Below, one piece after another: positions 13,880 to 23,609 of a stretch of 64,000 nt of DNA. Every line of letters starts with the position of its first letter. Position 1 is the stretch's first letter. The notes below the pieces were generated by a model. The model worked only from the letters and a program-made list of their open reading frames with translations, was not told where the DNA came from and did no database searches. The DNA lies in assembly GCA_963773065.1 (NCBI GenBank), contig CAVYZN010000014.1, positions 136,476 to 200,475 of the forward strand, written 5' to 3'. Source of the DNA: an uncultured Gammaproteobacteria bacterium. GTDB lineage: Bacteria > Pseudomonadota > Gammaproteobacteria > UBA9214. Both the position numbers and the translations under genes were made by a program.

Positions 13880-14097
13880 AATGTCATATCTGTGGCGGTC
13901 ACGTCGTACCGAAAACCTCCGATATGCCGTTCAAGCTCGATGACAATCGCATCGTCATTTTCAAAGACGTGCCGGTGCTTCAGTGCGACCAGTGCGGAGA
14001 ATACCTGCTTGATGATCCAGTGATGGCGCGGGTGGAGGAATTGCTTCGCAACGTAGACACATCGGCGGAGTTGGAAATCGTGCGGTATGCGGCTTAA
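13876..14097 (+). CDS. YgiT/MqsA-type zinc-finger protein (putative antitoxin)
   Basis: MKCHICGG...IVIFKDVPVLQCDQCGEYLLDD...EIVRYAA; GGAG RBS upstream. Confidence 0.88.
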   Translation: MKCHICGGHVVPKTSDMPFKLDDNRIVIFKDVPVLQCDQCGEYLLDDPVMARVEELLRNVDTSAELEIVRYAA

Positions 14098-14100
14098 TAA

Positions 14101-14233
14101 CGAGCCGCTCGTGGAAAAGATGAAGCGGCTCGCCGGTCAACTGAACGAACAACTCGCCGAAGGCGCAAGACTCGATCAGGCCATCCGTGCGAATCTCGCT
14201 ACGTTAGGGTTTCCATTGGAGAACGAACCATGA
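14101..14233 (+). repeat. Diverged duplicate of the hsdM 3' end (copy 2; mini-ORF 14120..14233)
   Basis: EPLVEKMKRLAGQLNEQLAEGARLDQAIRANLATLGF versus hsd[38 protein letters not shown]. Its upstream part (TPGRYV) lies at 13751-13789. Confidence 0.85.
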
Positions 14234-14658
14234 TGCTTAACACGGACCACCTCAAGCGTTGCATCAGCACGCTTGAATCCTCCCTGGCCATGTACCGGGA
14301 AGCCGCGCCGGAAAGCATTGACCAGGAGGTATTTCGCAATGCCATCGTCAAGGGCTATGAACTCGCCCAGGAAACCAGCTTCAAGCTGCTCAAGCGAGCG
14401 CTCAAGGACTTCGGCCACGGCGGCAAGAAACTGGACGCGACCCCGGTCAAGGAAATTCTGCGTCTTGCGGCCACGCACGGGCTGATGACCTTGGAAGAAG
14501 TCGAGCGCTGGTTCGCCTACCGGGATAACCGCAATAACACCACCCACGATTACGGCGAGGGTTTCGCCAAAGAAACCCTGGTCCTGCTGCCCGGCTTCAT
14601 CGCGGATGCGAAGTTGCTGGAAACCTCCTTGCGCGACCGATTCGGCAACGGGGCATAA
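14230..14658 (+). CDS. HEPN-type nucleotidyltransferase substrate-binding protein (HI0074-like toxin)
   Basis: RNAIVKGYELAQETSFKLLKR and the Rx4-6H motif RNNTTHDY; paired with a downstream MNT. Confidence 0.88.
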   Translation: MMLNTDHLKRCISTLESSLAMYREAAPESIDQEVFRNAIVKGYELAQETSFKLLKRALKDFGHGGKKLDATPVKEILRLAATHGLMTLEEVERWFAYRDNRNNTTHDYGEGFAKETLVLLPGFIADAKLLETSLRDRFGNGA

Positions 14659-14665
14659 CCACGCC

Positions 14666-14995
14666 ATGTCCGAGCCCAAGACAGTCTCCCTGGATTTGCC
14701 GGAAAAATACCTTGAACAAATCAGGGACCTGTTGCGCATCCATGTTCCCCACGCCGAGGTCTGGGCCTATGGCAGCCGGGTCAGCGGTGGCGGCCACGAA
14801 GCCAGCGACCTGGACCTGGTGCTGCGCAGTCCGGCGAATCTCCGCCAGGAAGCCCCGGGGCTTTTCGGCTTGAAAGAGGCTTTCATCGAAAGCGAGCTGC
14901 CGATCCGGGTCGACATCATGGACTGGGCACGCATCCCCGAAAGTTTTCACGGCGAGATCGAGCGGGCGCATGTTGTCATCCAGGAAGGAAGCTGA
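14666..14995 (+). CDS. Minimal nucleotidyltransferase (MNT antitoxin)
   Basis: [22 protein letters not shown] (GSx10DxD) and [10 protein letters not shown]. Confidence 0.9.
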   Translation: MSEPKTVSLDLPEKYLEQIRDLLRIHVPHAEVWAYGSRVSGGGHEASDLDLVLRSPANLRQEAPGLFGLKEAFIESELPIRVDIMDWARIPESFHGEIERAHVVIQEGS

Positions 14996-15096
14996 TGAAG
15001 CGGCTCACCGCGACGCTGCGCCAGCAACAGGCCGAAGCCGCGAAGCTGGACGCTGCCATCGCCGCCAATCTGAAGGAGCTTGGGTATGGCGGGTGA
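14995..15096 (+). repeat. Duplicate of the hsdM 3' end (copy 3; 33-aa mini-ORF)
   Basis: ATGAAGCGGCTCACCGCGACGCTGCGC is identical to hsdM 12111-12137; encodes [33 protein letters not shown] and overlaps the hsdS ATG. Confidence 0.9.
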
Positions 15097-15244
15097 AAGC
15101 AATGGATGGCAAAAACTCCAGCTAAGCAAATCAGGCATTGAATTTGTAGATGAGAGACCTTCTTCGAGATATCCAAAGCAGTCAGTGTTTCAAACTACTG
15201 GGATCCCATTCCTGAACACGACAAGCACGTCGGAATTTAGACTT

Positions 15245-16368
15245 GGCGCGCTCAAATACCAAGTGCAACATTTTTAGGAGAGAATGTTGCATGGGAAGAA
15301 ACTACAAGCAGTTGAGCATTGAAGAACGGACGATGATCCAGACACAACTGGAGATGGGAATCAAACCGGCGGCGATTGCCTTGGGTTTGCATCGCTCGGC
15401 ATCGACGCTTTCTCGCGAACTCCATCGCAATGGCCGGACTCGCCCAAGAGCGCGTCGCGGCCCTGGAAGAGCGCCGATGGCAGGGGGCTACCGTGCTGAT
15501 GCCGCCCACCGGCGCGCCCGGATCTGCACGGTTACACCCCGCGTTGATCACCGTCTGCGGCCGGGAACGGCCCTGTGGAAACCTGTCCTGCGCTACCTGA
15601 AAGCGGGCTACTCGCCGGAGCAGATTGCTGGCACACTGGCGGTTGTGCATCCCGAAACGCCCTCGTTGCAGGTTTCTCACGAAACCATCTACACCGCGAT
15701 CTACGCCATGCCCCGTGGCGAGTTGCGCACGCAAGTGATTGGCTGGCTGCGCTTCGGTCATGCCAAGCGCCGCCCGCGCGCGCGGGGCCAGGACCGGCGG
15801 GGACGGATCCCTGACAGGGTCAGTATTCATGAACGCCCGCCTGAGGTCGAAGAGCGACTGGTGCCAGGGCACTGGGAGGGCGATCTCATCAAGGGCGCGC
15901 ACAACCGCTCGGCTGTTGGCACGCTGGTGGAGCGCACGACCTTGTTCACGGTGCTGTCCCGGATGGACAATGCCAGTGCCGAATCGGCGCTAAGTGGCTT
16001 TAGCCACGTGCTCAATCGTATCGAAGCGCAAAAGCGCCTGTCGTTGACTTACGATCAGGGCCGGGAGATGGCGCAACATCAGCGGCTGACAGAAGCGACC
16101 GGTGTGAAAGTCTACTTCGCCGATCCCCACAGCCCCTGGCAGCGGGGCATCAACGAGAACACCAATGGCCTGCTGCGTCAGTACCTGCCCAAGGGCAGCG
16201 ATCTGAGCGTGTTCACCCAGAAAGAATTGGATGCGATTGCCTGGAAACTCAATACCCGACCGCGCAAATCCCTGGGCTTCAAGTGTCCCGCCGAATTGTT
16301 CACTCCGGACGCTTTCGACTTCAGGCAGCATCATGCTGCACTTTTTGCACTTGGTCATTGAAACCGCC
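15245..16368 (+). mobile_element. IS30-family insertion sequence
   Basis: Imperfect inverted repeats GGCGCGCTCAAATACCAAGTGCAACA and TTTTGCACTTGGTCATTGAAACCGCC; 3-bp target duplication CTT (15242-44, 16369-71). Confidence 0.95.
15291..16361 (+). CDS. IS30 transposase
   Basis: YKQLSIEER, SPEQIAG, VSHETIY, PGHWEGDLI, LTYDQGREM, PWQRGINENTNGLLRQYLPK. Confidence 0.95.
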   Translation: MGRNYKQLSIEERTMIQTQLEMGIKPAAIALGLHRSASTLSRELHRNGRTRPRARRGPGRAPMAGGYRADAAHRRARICTVTPRVDHRLRPGTALWKPVLRYLKAGYSPEQIAGTLAVVHPETPSLQVSHETIYTAIYAMPRGELRTQVIGWLRFGHAKRRPRARGQDRRGRIPDRVSIHERPPEVEERLVPGHWEGDLIKGAHNRSAVGTLVERTTLFTVLSRMDNASAESALSGFSHVLNRIEAQKRLSLTYDQGREMAQHQRLTEATGVKVYFADPHSPWQRGINENTNGLLRQYLPKGSDLSVFTQKELDAIAWKLNTRPRKSLGFKCPAELFTPDAFDFRQHHAALFALGH

Positions 16369-17576
16369 CTTGACCTTTCACAGGTCAACTTTGTCACACT
16401 GGAAAAATACAACCAAATAACCAAGGGTAGAGCTCAGAGGAACGATCTGCTTCTCACAACTCGGGGTTCCAATACTGGCAAAGCTGCATTGTTTAACTGC
16501 GAGCATGAAACAGCCCTAATCAACGCCCAGATGCTGATTCTACGTGCGAATCCAACCAATATCTGCCCTACGTTCTTGTTCTATCAATTTAGAACCGACG
16601 ATTTTCAACGGACATTGAAGGCGTATTCGTCAGGATCTGCACAACCTCAGCTCCCGATCAAATCGCTCAAACACATCGATATTGTTCTTCCTCCTGTTGA
16701 GGAACTACGCGCCATCGCCGACATCCTCGGCACACTGGACGACAAGATCGAACTGAACCGGCGGATGAACGAGACGCTGGAGGCGATGGCGCGGGCGCTC
16801 TTCAAGTCGTGGTTCGTGGACTTCGACCCCGTCCGCGCCAAGGCCGGAGGCCGCGAAACTGGCCTGCCAAAATCCCTCCCCGACCTGTTTCCGGATTCCT
16901 TCGAGGACTCGGAGTTGGGGGAGATTCCGAAGAGGTGGATAATCAAGCCCATCGGCGACCTAGCGGATGTTGTGGGTGGGACGACGCCGAGTACTAAAGA
17001 GCTGTCCTACTGGGAGGGTGGACGCACGCATGGGCTACACCTAAAGACCTGTCAGCACTTTCAGTTCCCGTCCTTCTCGCTACTGAACGGCGGATCAACA
17101 ACACGGTGCTGTCGCAGATCGGTTCCGGATTGCTGCCGACGGGAACCGTCCTTCTGTCGTCGAGAGCCCCAATCGGCTACTTGGCCATCGCAGAAATTCC
17201 GGTTGCGATCAATCAGGGATTCATCGCGATGACGCCTAAGGCAGAAACGTCAAATTTCTTTTTGCTTCTCTGGGCCAGAGCAGCGCATGACGAGATTGTC
17301 AGCCGCGCGAACGGCTCGACCTTCCTTAAGATTAGCAAGACGAACTTCCGTCCGATTCCGGTCGTCACGTCGTCACCCGACGTGATGCATAAGTTTGGCC
17401 AGTTGGCGCGACCACTCTACGACGGCGTCGTCGAGTCCGCGCGCGAATCCCGCACACTCGCCACCCTGCGCGACACACTGCTGCCCAAGCTCATCTCCGG
17501 CGAGCTGCGGATAGGGGATGCCCAACGTTATGTCGCGAACGTACAATGATGACAGTTAAAGAACGAGGGCCACACA

Positions 17577-18806
17577 ATGACCAAAGACAGCTACGGGCAT
17601 AAGGCGCGCATAGAGTATTTGCGGGTCGAAAATTACCGCGCCCTCAAACATGTGGAGTTCAAGAACATAACGCCCATGACGGCCTTGCTGGGGCCTAATG
17701 GCAGTGGCAAGTCCACCGTTTTTGATGTCTTTGCCTTTTTATCGGAATGCTTCGAATCCGGACTGCGCCGCGCCTGGGACCGTCGAGGGCGCGCCAAGGA
17801 GTTGAAGACCCGGGGCGGCGATGGGTCGGTTGTGATTGAGATCAAGTACAAGGAACCCAAGTTCCCTGTCATCACTTATCACCTCGCAGTGGATGAGCGC
17901 AAAGGCTCGCCGGTGGTCATCGAGGAATGGCTGCAATGGAAACGTCGCAGTCATGGCAGGCCGTTCAAGTTTCTCGATTACCGGGAGGGGAACGGTCGGG
18001 CCATTAGCGGCGCCTTGCCGGATGAGCAGGATACCCGTTCGGAGATTCCGCTGAAATCACCAGACCTGATTGCCGTGAATGCCCTGGGGCAGTTTGCGGA
18101 CCACCCGCGGGTGGCGGCCCTGCGTGACTTCATCACTGGCTGGTACGTTTCCTACTTCTCCGTCGATGAAACACGTGGGCAGCCGGAGGCAGGACCGCAG
18201 GAACGGCTGTCCCGCACGGGGGATAACGTCGCAAACGTGATTCAATATCTGGCTGAGCAGCATCCGAGTCGACTGGAGCATATTTTCAATGTGCTGCGCG
18301 CAAGAGTCCCCCGTGTCGAACGCGTATTTGCCGAGGCCATGCCCAACGGGCGCTTGCTGTTGCAGATCAAGGACGCGCCATTCGATAACCCCGTGCTGGC
18401 AAAGTTTGCATCTGACGGCACACTTAAGATGCTTGCCTACCTTGTGCTGTTATATGACCCTTCGCCGCCGCCGTTTATCGGAATTGAAGAGCCGGAAAAC
18501 TTCCTTCATCCACGCCTTCTCCAGGAACTGGCGGAAGAGTGCCGCACCGCGTCGGAGCGCTCGCAGTTGCTGGTTACTACACACTCGCCGTTTTTCGTGA
18601 ATGCGTTGGCTGCGGAAGAGGTGCGCGTGCTTTACCGCGACGAACAAGGTTACACACTGGCTGTTCGTGCAGCCGATATTCAGGGCGTATCCGAATTCAT
18701 TGATGCAGGCGCTTCTCTCGGTCATCTCTGGATGGAAGGCCGATTCGGCGTAGGCGATCCACTTGTGCGCTCTGGCGCCCCGGCAAAACAGGGGAAGGCC
18801 AAATGA
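17577..18806 (+). CDS. ABC-type ATPase (AAA_21/AAA_15)
   Basis: Walker A GPNGSGKS, signature ASDGT, Walker [10 protein letters not shown]-loop VTTHSP. Confidence 0.92.
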   Translation: MTKDSYGHKARIEYLRVENYRALKHVEFKNITPMTALLGPNGSGKSTVFDVFAFLSECFESGLRRAWDRRGRAKELKTRGGDGSVVIEIKYKEPKFPVITYHLAVDERKGSPVVIEEWLQWKRRSHGRPFKFLDYREGNGRAISGALPDEQDTRSEIPLKSPDLIAVNALGQFADHPRVAALRDFITGWYVSYFSVDETRGQPEAGPQERLSRTGDNVANVIQYLAEQHPSRLEHIFNVLRARVPRVERVFAEAMPNGRLLLQIKDAPFDNPVLAKFASDGTLKMLAYLVLLYDPSPPPFIGIEEPENFLHPRLLQELAEECRTASERSQLLVTTHSPFFVNALAAEEVRVLYRDEQGYTLAVRAADIQGVSEFIDAGASLGHLWMEGRFGVGDPLVRSGAPAKQGKAK

Positions 18807-19438
18807 CGGTTGAGCATGTCGAACTGCTCGTAGAAGAGCCCTCCATGGAAGCTGCGCTTCGGCTGCTGCTACCCAAGATGCTCGGCGATTTGTCCTTCGA
18901 AATATATCCGCATCAATGCAAGGATGAACTGCTGCTCCGGCTGCTGCAACGACTTCGTGGCTACGCCCAGCGCCGCGAGAGCGATGTCTGGTTCCGGGAC
19001 CATTGCCGTATCGTCGTCGTGGTAGATCGCGATGATGACGATTGTGTAAAGTTTAAACGGGGCTTGGAGAAGACCGCCACTGACGCTGGTTTGACGACGC
19101 GATCAAGCACGAGAGGCCGTCCCTACATTGTTGCCAACCGCATTGCGATCGAAGAACTTGAGGCCTGGTATTTCGGTGACTGGGAGGCAGTTCGGTCCGC
19201 CTACCCGAAGGTATCCGCGACAATTCAAAAACAGGCAAAATACCGGGAGCCGGATGAAATTGTGGGTGGTACCTGGGAGGCGTTCGAGCGAGTCCTACAG
19301 AAGGCGGGTTACTACCGTAGTGGTCTGCGCAAAGTTGAGGCGGCACGCGCAATTGCGGCATATATGGAGCCGTCGCGCAATATCTCTCTGAGTTTTTGCA
19401 CGTTTCGAGACGTCCTTATGGAGATGGCGGGGACATGA
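18803..19438 (+). CDS. DUF4276-like TOPRIM-fold protein
   Basis: [32 protein letters not shown]; ATGA overlap with the ATPase. Confidence 0.8.
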   Translation: MTVEHVELLVEEPSMEAALRLLLPKMLGDLSFEIYPHQCKDELLLRLLQRLRGYAQRRESDVWFRDHCRIVVVVDRDDDDCVKFKRGLEKTATDAGLTTRSSTRGRPYIVANRIAIEELEAWYFGDWEAVRSAYPKVSATIQKQAKYREPDEIVGGTWEAFERVLQKAGYYRSGLRKVEAARAIAAYMEPSRNISLSFCTFRDVLMEMAGT

Positions 19439-19531
19439 AGGAAGTGCATGTTGAGCAGCCGCATGGTTGTTTCAGGCTCAGTCCGTAAGGTTCTGATGAG
19501 CGGGTTTGCCGGGTTGCCGATGCGCGATGTC

Positions 19532-19549
19532 ATGAGTAATATTACTCAT
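19532..19549. promoter_or_regulatory. Perfect 18-bp palindrome, candidate operator
   Basis: ATGAGTAATATTACTCAT is its own reverse complement. A half-site TGAGTAAT follows at 19555, just before the GTG at 19569. Confidence 0.55.
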
Positions 19550-19568
19550 CATCTTGAGTAATTAGTAA

Positions 19569-20756
19569 GTGACATATCGACGGCCCCAATTCGAGATTCT
19601 TGCCCGGCGTCTGGCGGAGCCGCGCCGCTTCATTCAGGCGGTGGCGGGGCCGCGACAGGTGGGGAAGACGACACTGGTGCAGCAGGTCGTCGAGGCGGGG
19701 AGTATGCCCGTGCAGTTTGCCAGCGCCGATGAACCGACCCTGCGCGGCGCGGAGTGGATTGCCCAGCAGTGGGAGGCGGCGCGGCTGATGGCCGGGGCGC
19801 GCGGCGCGGTGCTGGTGCTCGACGAGGCGCAGAAGGTGTCTGGCTGGTCGGAGACGGTGAAGCGGCTCTGGGACGAGGACACCCGCAAGCGCAGGCCAAT
19901 CAAGGTGGTGGTGCTGGGCTCGGCGCCGTTGCTGATTCAGCGCGGTCTGTCCGAAAGTCTCGCCGGGCGCTTTGAGGTGTTGTATCTGCCGCACTGGTCG
20001 GCGCAAGAGATGCGCGCGGCGTTTGACTGGACAGTGGAGCAGAGTATTTTCTACGGTGGTTATCCGGGTGCGGCGCCGCTGGCGGGTGAGCGTGCGCGCT
20101 GGGTGCGTTATGTGCGCGATGCCTTGATCGAGACCACGCTCGCGCGCGACGTGCTGCTGCTCACTCGCGTGGACAAGCCGGCGCTGCTGCGCCGGTTGTT
20201 CGATCTGGGTTGCCGTTATTCCGGGCAAATCCTTTCCTATACCAAGATGGTCGGCCAGCTTCAGGACGCAGGCAACACCACCACGCTGGCGCATTATCTC
20301 GATCTTCTGAGCGGTGCGGGGATGCTGGTCGGGCTGCCCAAGTTCGCGGGCGCGGCGGTGCGCAGTCGGGCGTCGAGCCCGAAGCTGCAGGTGCTTGATA
20401 CCGCGCTGTTTTCCGCGCAGTCTGGGTATACCTTCGAGGAGGCGCGGGCCGACCCCGAGTTCTGGGGGCGTCTGGTGGAGTCGGCGGTCGGAGCGCATCT
20501 CGCCAATGCCGCCGCTGCGGGGGCGTGTGAGTTGTTCTACTGGCTCGACCGCAACCGCGAGGTTGACTTCGTGGTCCGCGCCGGACGGCGATTGACCGCC
20601 ATCGAGGTCAAGAGCGGGCGCGCCACCGACACATTACCGGGGATGGAGGCATTCGCCGCTGCGTTCAAACCGCAACGCATGCTGCTCGTGGGCGGTAACG
20701 GCATTCCCGTGGACGTGTTTCTGTCCCGGCCCGTGGAGCATTGGATAGGCCCATGA
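19569..20756 (+). CDS. AAA_14 ATPase with DUF4143 C-terminal nuclease-like domain
   Basis: [45 protein letters not shown]...AIEVKSG. Confidence 0.92.
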   Translation: MTYRRPQFEILARRLAEPRRFIQAVAGPRQVGKTTLVQQVVEAGSMPVQFASADEPTLRGAEWIAQQWEAARLMAGARGAVLVLDEAQKVSGWSETVKRLWDEDTRKRRPIKVVVLGSAPLLIQRGLSESLAGRFEVLYLPHWSAQEMRAAFDWTVEQSIFYGGYPGAAPLAGERARWVRYVRDALIETTLARDVLLLTRVDKPALLRRLFDLGCRYSGQILSYTKMVGQLQDAGNTTTLAHYLDLLSGAGMLVGLPKFAGAAVRSRASSPKLQVLDTALFSAQSGYTFEEARADPEFWGRLVESAVGAHLANAAAAGACELFYWLDRNREVDFVVRAGRRLTAIEVKSGRATDTLPGMEAFAAAFKPQRMLLVGGNGIPVDVFLSRPVEHWIGP

Positions 20757-21523
20757 GTGCGTTCACCGAATCCGTCGTCGAAGACGCCGCTCTCGCCTGG
20801 GTGGAGTCACTCGGTTACGCCGTGCTGCATGGACCCGACATTGCGGCCGGGGAACTTGGCGCGGAGCGCAGTGACCCGAACTATCGCGACGTGGTGCTCG
20901 AAGGTCGCTTGCGCCAGGCGCTCGTGCGTCTCAACCCCGACCTACCCGCCGAAGCGCTGGATGATGCCTTCCGCAGGCTGACGCGCAGCGATGCGCCGAC
21001 GCTGCTGGAGCGCAACCGCGCGGTGCACCGAATGCTGGTGGATGGTGTGACGGTGGAATACCGCCGAGAGGATGGTTCGATCGCCGGCGCGCAGGCGAGG
21101 GTGATCGATTTCGAATCGCCCGAAAATAACGACTGGCTAGCCGTCAACCAGTTCACCGTGGCCGACGGCCAGCACACGCGCCGGCCGGACGTGGTGTTGT
21201 TCGTCAACGGCCTGCCGCTGGCGGTAATCGAACTGAAGAACCCGGCCGACGAGAACGCCACCGTCTGGAGTGCCTGGCAGCAGCTTCAGACCTACCAGGC
21301 GCAGATTCCCGCGCTCTTCGCCACCAACGCGGCGCTGGTGGTTTCCGATGGCGTGCAGGCGCGCATCGGCGCGCTCGGTGCGGGCAGGGAATGGTTCAAG
21401 CCCTGGCGCACGATCACCGGGCGCGAGGATGCCGCTTCGAACCTGGCGGAGTTGCAGGTGGTGCTGGAAGGCGTGTTCGATAAGTGCCGCTTTCTCGACC
21501 TGGTGCGCTACTTCATCGTGTTT

Positions 21524-21573
21524 GACGACTCCAGGGATGGAGGAGGTAGAGAAACGCAGGGAGCAGTTGCCGA
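21524..21573 (+). repeat. 48-bp twin-GGA-hairpin mini-element inserted in frame in hsdR
   Basis: GA[CGACTCCAGGGATGGAGGAGGTAGAGAAACGCAGGGAGCAGTTGCC]GA; a close inverted copy lies at 22041-22089. Confidence 0.8.
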
Positions 21574-21757
21574 GGATGAGGGCGGCGGCAAGCTCATCAA
21601 GAAGATGGCGGGTTACCATCAGTTCCATGCAGTCAACGTGGCGGTGGAGGAGACGCTGCGCGCGGCGCAGCGCGACTGGATGGGCGATTCCTCGGGCACG
21701 TTTTTCGCCCAGAGACAGACGGGTGGTGAGAGGGGCGACCGGCGCGTCGGCGTGGTG

Positions 21758-21789
<32 letters not shown>

Positions 21790-22026
21790 ATGGCCTTCTA
21801 CGCCGGCCGCGTGATCCTGCATCCGAAAATGGAAAACCCGACGCTGGTCGTACTCACCGACCGCAACGATCTCGACGATCAGCTCTTCGCCACTTTCGCC
21901 CGCTGCCGCGACCTGTTGCGCCAGCCGCCGGTGCAGGCGGCGGACCGCGCCGACCTTCGGGAGAAGCTGAAGGTGGCCTCGGGTGGCGTGGTGTTCACCA
22001 CGATCCAGAAGTTCTTCCCGGAGTTG

Positions 22027-22107
22027 CCCTCACCCAACCCTCGGCAACTGCTCCCTGTGTTGCGCTACCTCCTGCATCCAGCCGTCGTCTCCCGCAAGCG
22101 GGAGAGG
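22027..22107. repeat. REP-like palindrome (CCCTCACCCAACCCTCTCCCGCAAGCGGGAGAGG) with a nested inverted mini-element
   Basis: Removing 22043-22089 (TC duplicated) restores the hairpin CCTCTCCCGC-AA-GCGGGAGAGG. Confidence 0.75.
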
Positions 22108-23049
22108 TGGAAGAATGGACGTGCTCTCGGCGTGGATTTCCGGCACGCCGCAGGACCGGCTCTCTCTACTGCCTGCGGCGCTGGAACACATCCTCGCGCA
22201 GGACGACGGCAAGCCCAGGCTACTGCGAGCGGTGACCGAGTTGTCGCAAGCCTTCGCGCTCGCGGTGCCGCACGAGGAGGCGCTGAAGATCCGCGACGAC
22301 GTGGGATTCTTCCAGGCCGTGCGGGCGGTGCTCGCCAAGAGCACGCCCGGCGAGCGCAAGACGGACGAAGAGCTGGAGCACGACATCCGGCAGATCATTT
22401 CGAAGGCGGTGTGCCTCCGATGAGGTTGTCGATATTTTCGCCGCCGCCGGACTCAAGAAGCCGGATATCTCCATCCTCTCAGACGAGTTCCTGGCCGAGG
22501 TGCGCGGCATGCCGCAGCGTAACCTCGCCGTGGAGCTACTGCAGAAGCTGCTGAAGGGCGAGATCAAGGCGCGATCCAGCGCAACGTGGTGCAGGCGCGC
22601 TCCTTCGCCGAACTGCTGGAGCAGGCGGTGCGCAAATACCAGAACCGCGCCATCGAGACGGCCCAGGTGATCGAGGAGTTGATCCAGCTCGCGAAAGACA
22701 TGCGCGCCGCCACCGCGCGTGGCGAGGCGTTGAACCTCACCGAAGACGAAGTCGCCTTCTACGACGCGCTCGAAACCAACGATAGCGCCGTGAAGGTGCT
22801 GGGCGACGACACTCTACGCGATATTGCTCGCGAACTGGTCAGGACCGTGCGCGCGAATGTCACCATCGACTGGACTCTGCGCGAGAACGTCCGGGCGCAG
22901 TTGCGCGTGCTGGTCAAACGCATCCTGCGCAAATACGGCTATCCGCCGGACAAGCAGGAGAAAGCGACACAGACGGTGCTGGAACAGGCGGCGCTGCTGT
23001 CGCAGGAATGGGCTCTGGCGTGAGGGTGAACCCTGTCGGAAGGTGACCG

Positions 23050-23451
23050 TCAGCGCTGGCAGAACGGCCGGTCATCCGGATTCTCGATGCTGTCCACGAT
23101 CGCCTCGACCAGTTGATTCAATTCCTGAACCGAGATGGCGCTCAATACGCGGTTGAGGAGAGCCGGCGGCACGCTGGCATAGACGGTCCGGCCGTTACTC
23201 AGTTGGATGGTCAGGGCCGCGGCATGCTTCTCGGCGCCCATGCCGGCTTCGACCAGCAAGTGTTCCGACTCCGTCAGCAGCTTTTCATAGAACATTTCGA
23301 TGGCCTCGGTGGTCTTATCGTCGAGATTATCCGGGACGGCGACCAGCAAACCCATCTCATCCTGCCGTTGCTCGAAGGGGATCGCGTGCTGTTCCAGCCA
23401 GGCGATGAACTGGTTCAAGGATTGTTCATGAAAGAGGATATATTCCAGCAT
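23050..23451 (-). CDS. Hypothetical acidic protein
   Basis: 133-aa ORF with protein-like composition (MLEYILFHEQ...DDRPFCQR), convergent on hsdR. Confidence 0.75.
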   Translation of the reverse strand: MLEYILFHEQSLNQFIAWLEQHAIPFEQRQDEMGLLVAVPDNLDDKTTEAIEMFYEKLLTESEHLLVEAGMGAEKHAAALTIQLSNGRTVYASVPPALLNRVLSAISVQELNQLVEAIVDSIENPDDRPFCQR

Positions 23452-23524
23452 GGATCATTCTCAGGTTCTCATTGACACGGCGCCAAGCATAGTGGATATC
23501 GGGGTCGAACTGCTATCCTACGCC

Positions 23525-23609
23525 GCCGGAATGAGTGCCTGCCGGCACATCCGGTGGGTTACGGCACAAACGGCGTGCCTAACCCACGCTACATCGATTA
23601 TGGAGCCGC
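23525..23609. repeat. REP-type repeat, deleted derivative of the 49422 element
   Basis: GGTGGGTTACGGCAC...GTGCCTAACCCACGCTAC; a 75-bp collinear match to 49494-49568. Confidence 0.75.

Larger units (their letters stand above)
15086..17549 (+). pseudogene. hsdS: Type I R-M specificity subunit HsdS interrupted by IS30
   Basis: The frame is restored on removing the IS and one CTT (...STSEFRL|DLSQVNFV...). [74 protein letters not shown]. Extra indel near 17020-17100. Confidence 0.92.

Noticed and set aside
16231-17232. ORF-track protein suggesting a transposase-HsdS fusion
   Set aside because: It is an open frame running out of the IS30 right end into hsdS, with no evident start signal.
15086-17549. 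hsdS shufflon or invertible specificity locus
   Set aside because: There is only one hsdS, no recombinase and no inverted silent TRD copies; the split is explained by IS30.
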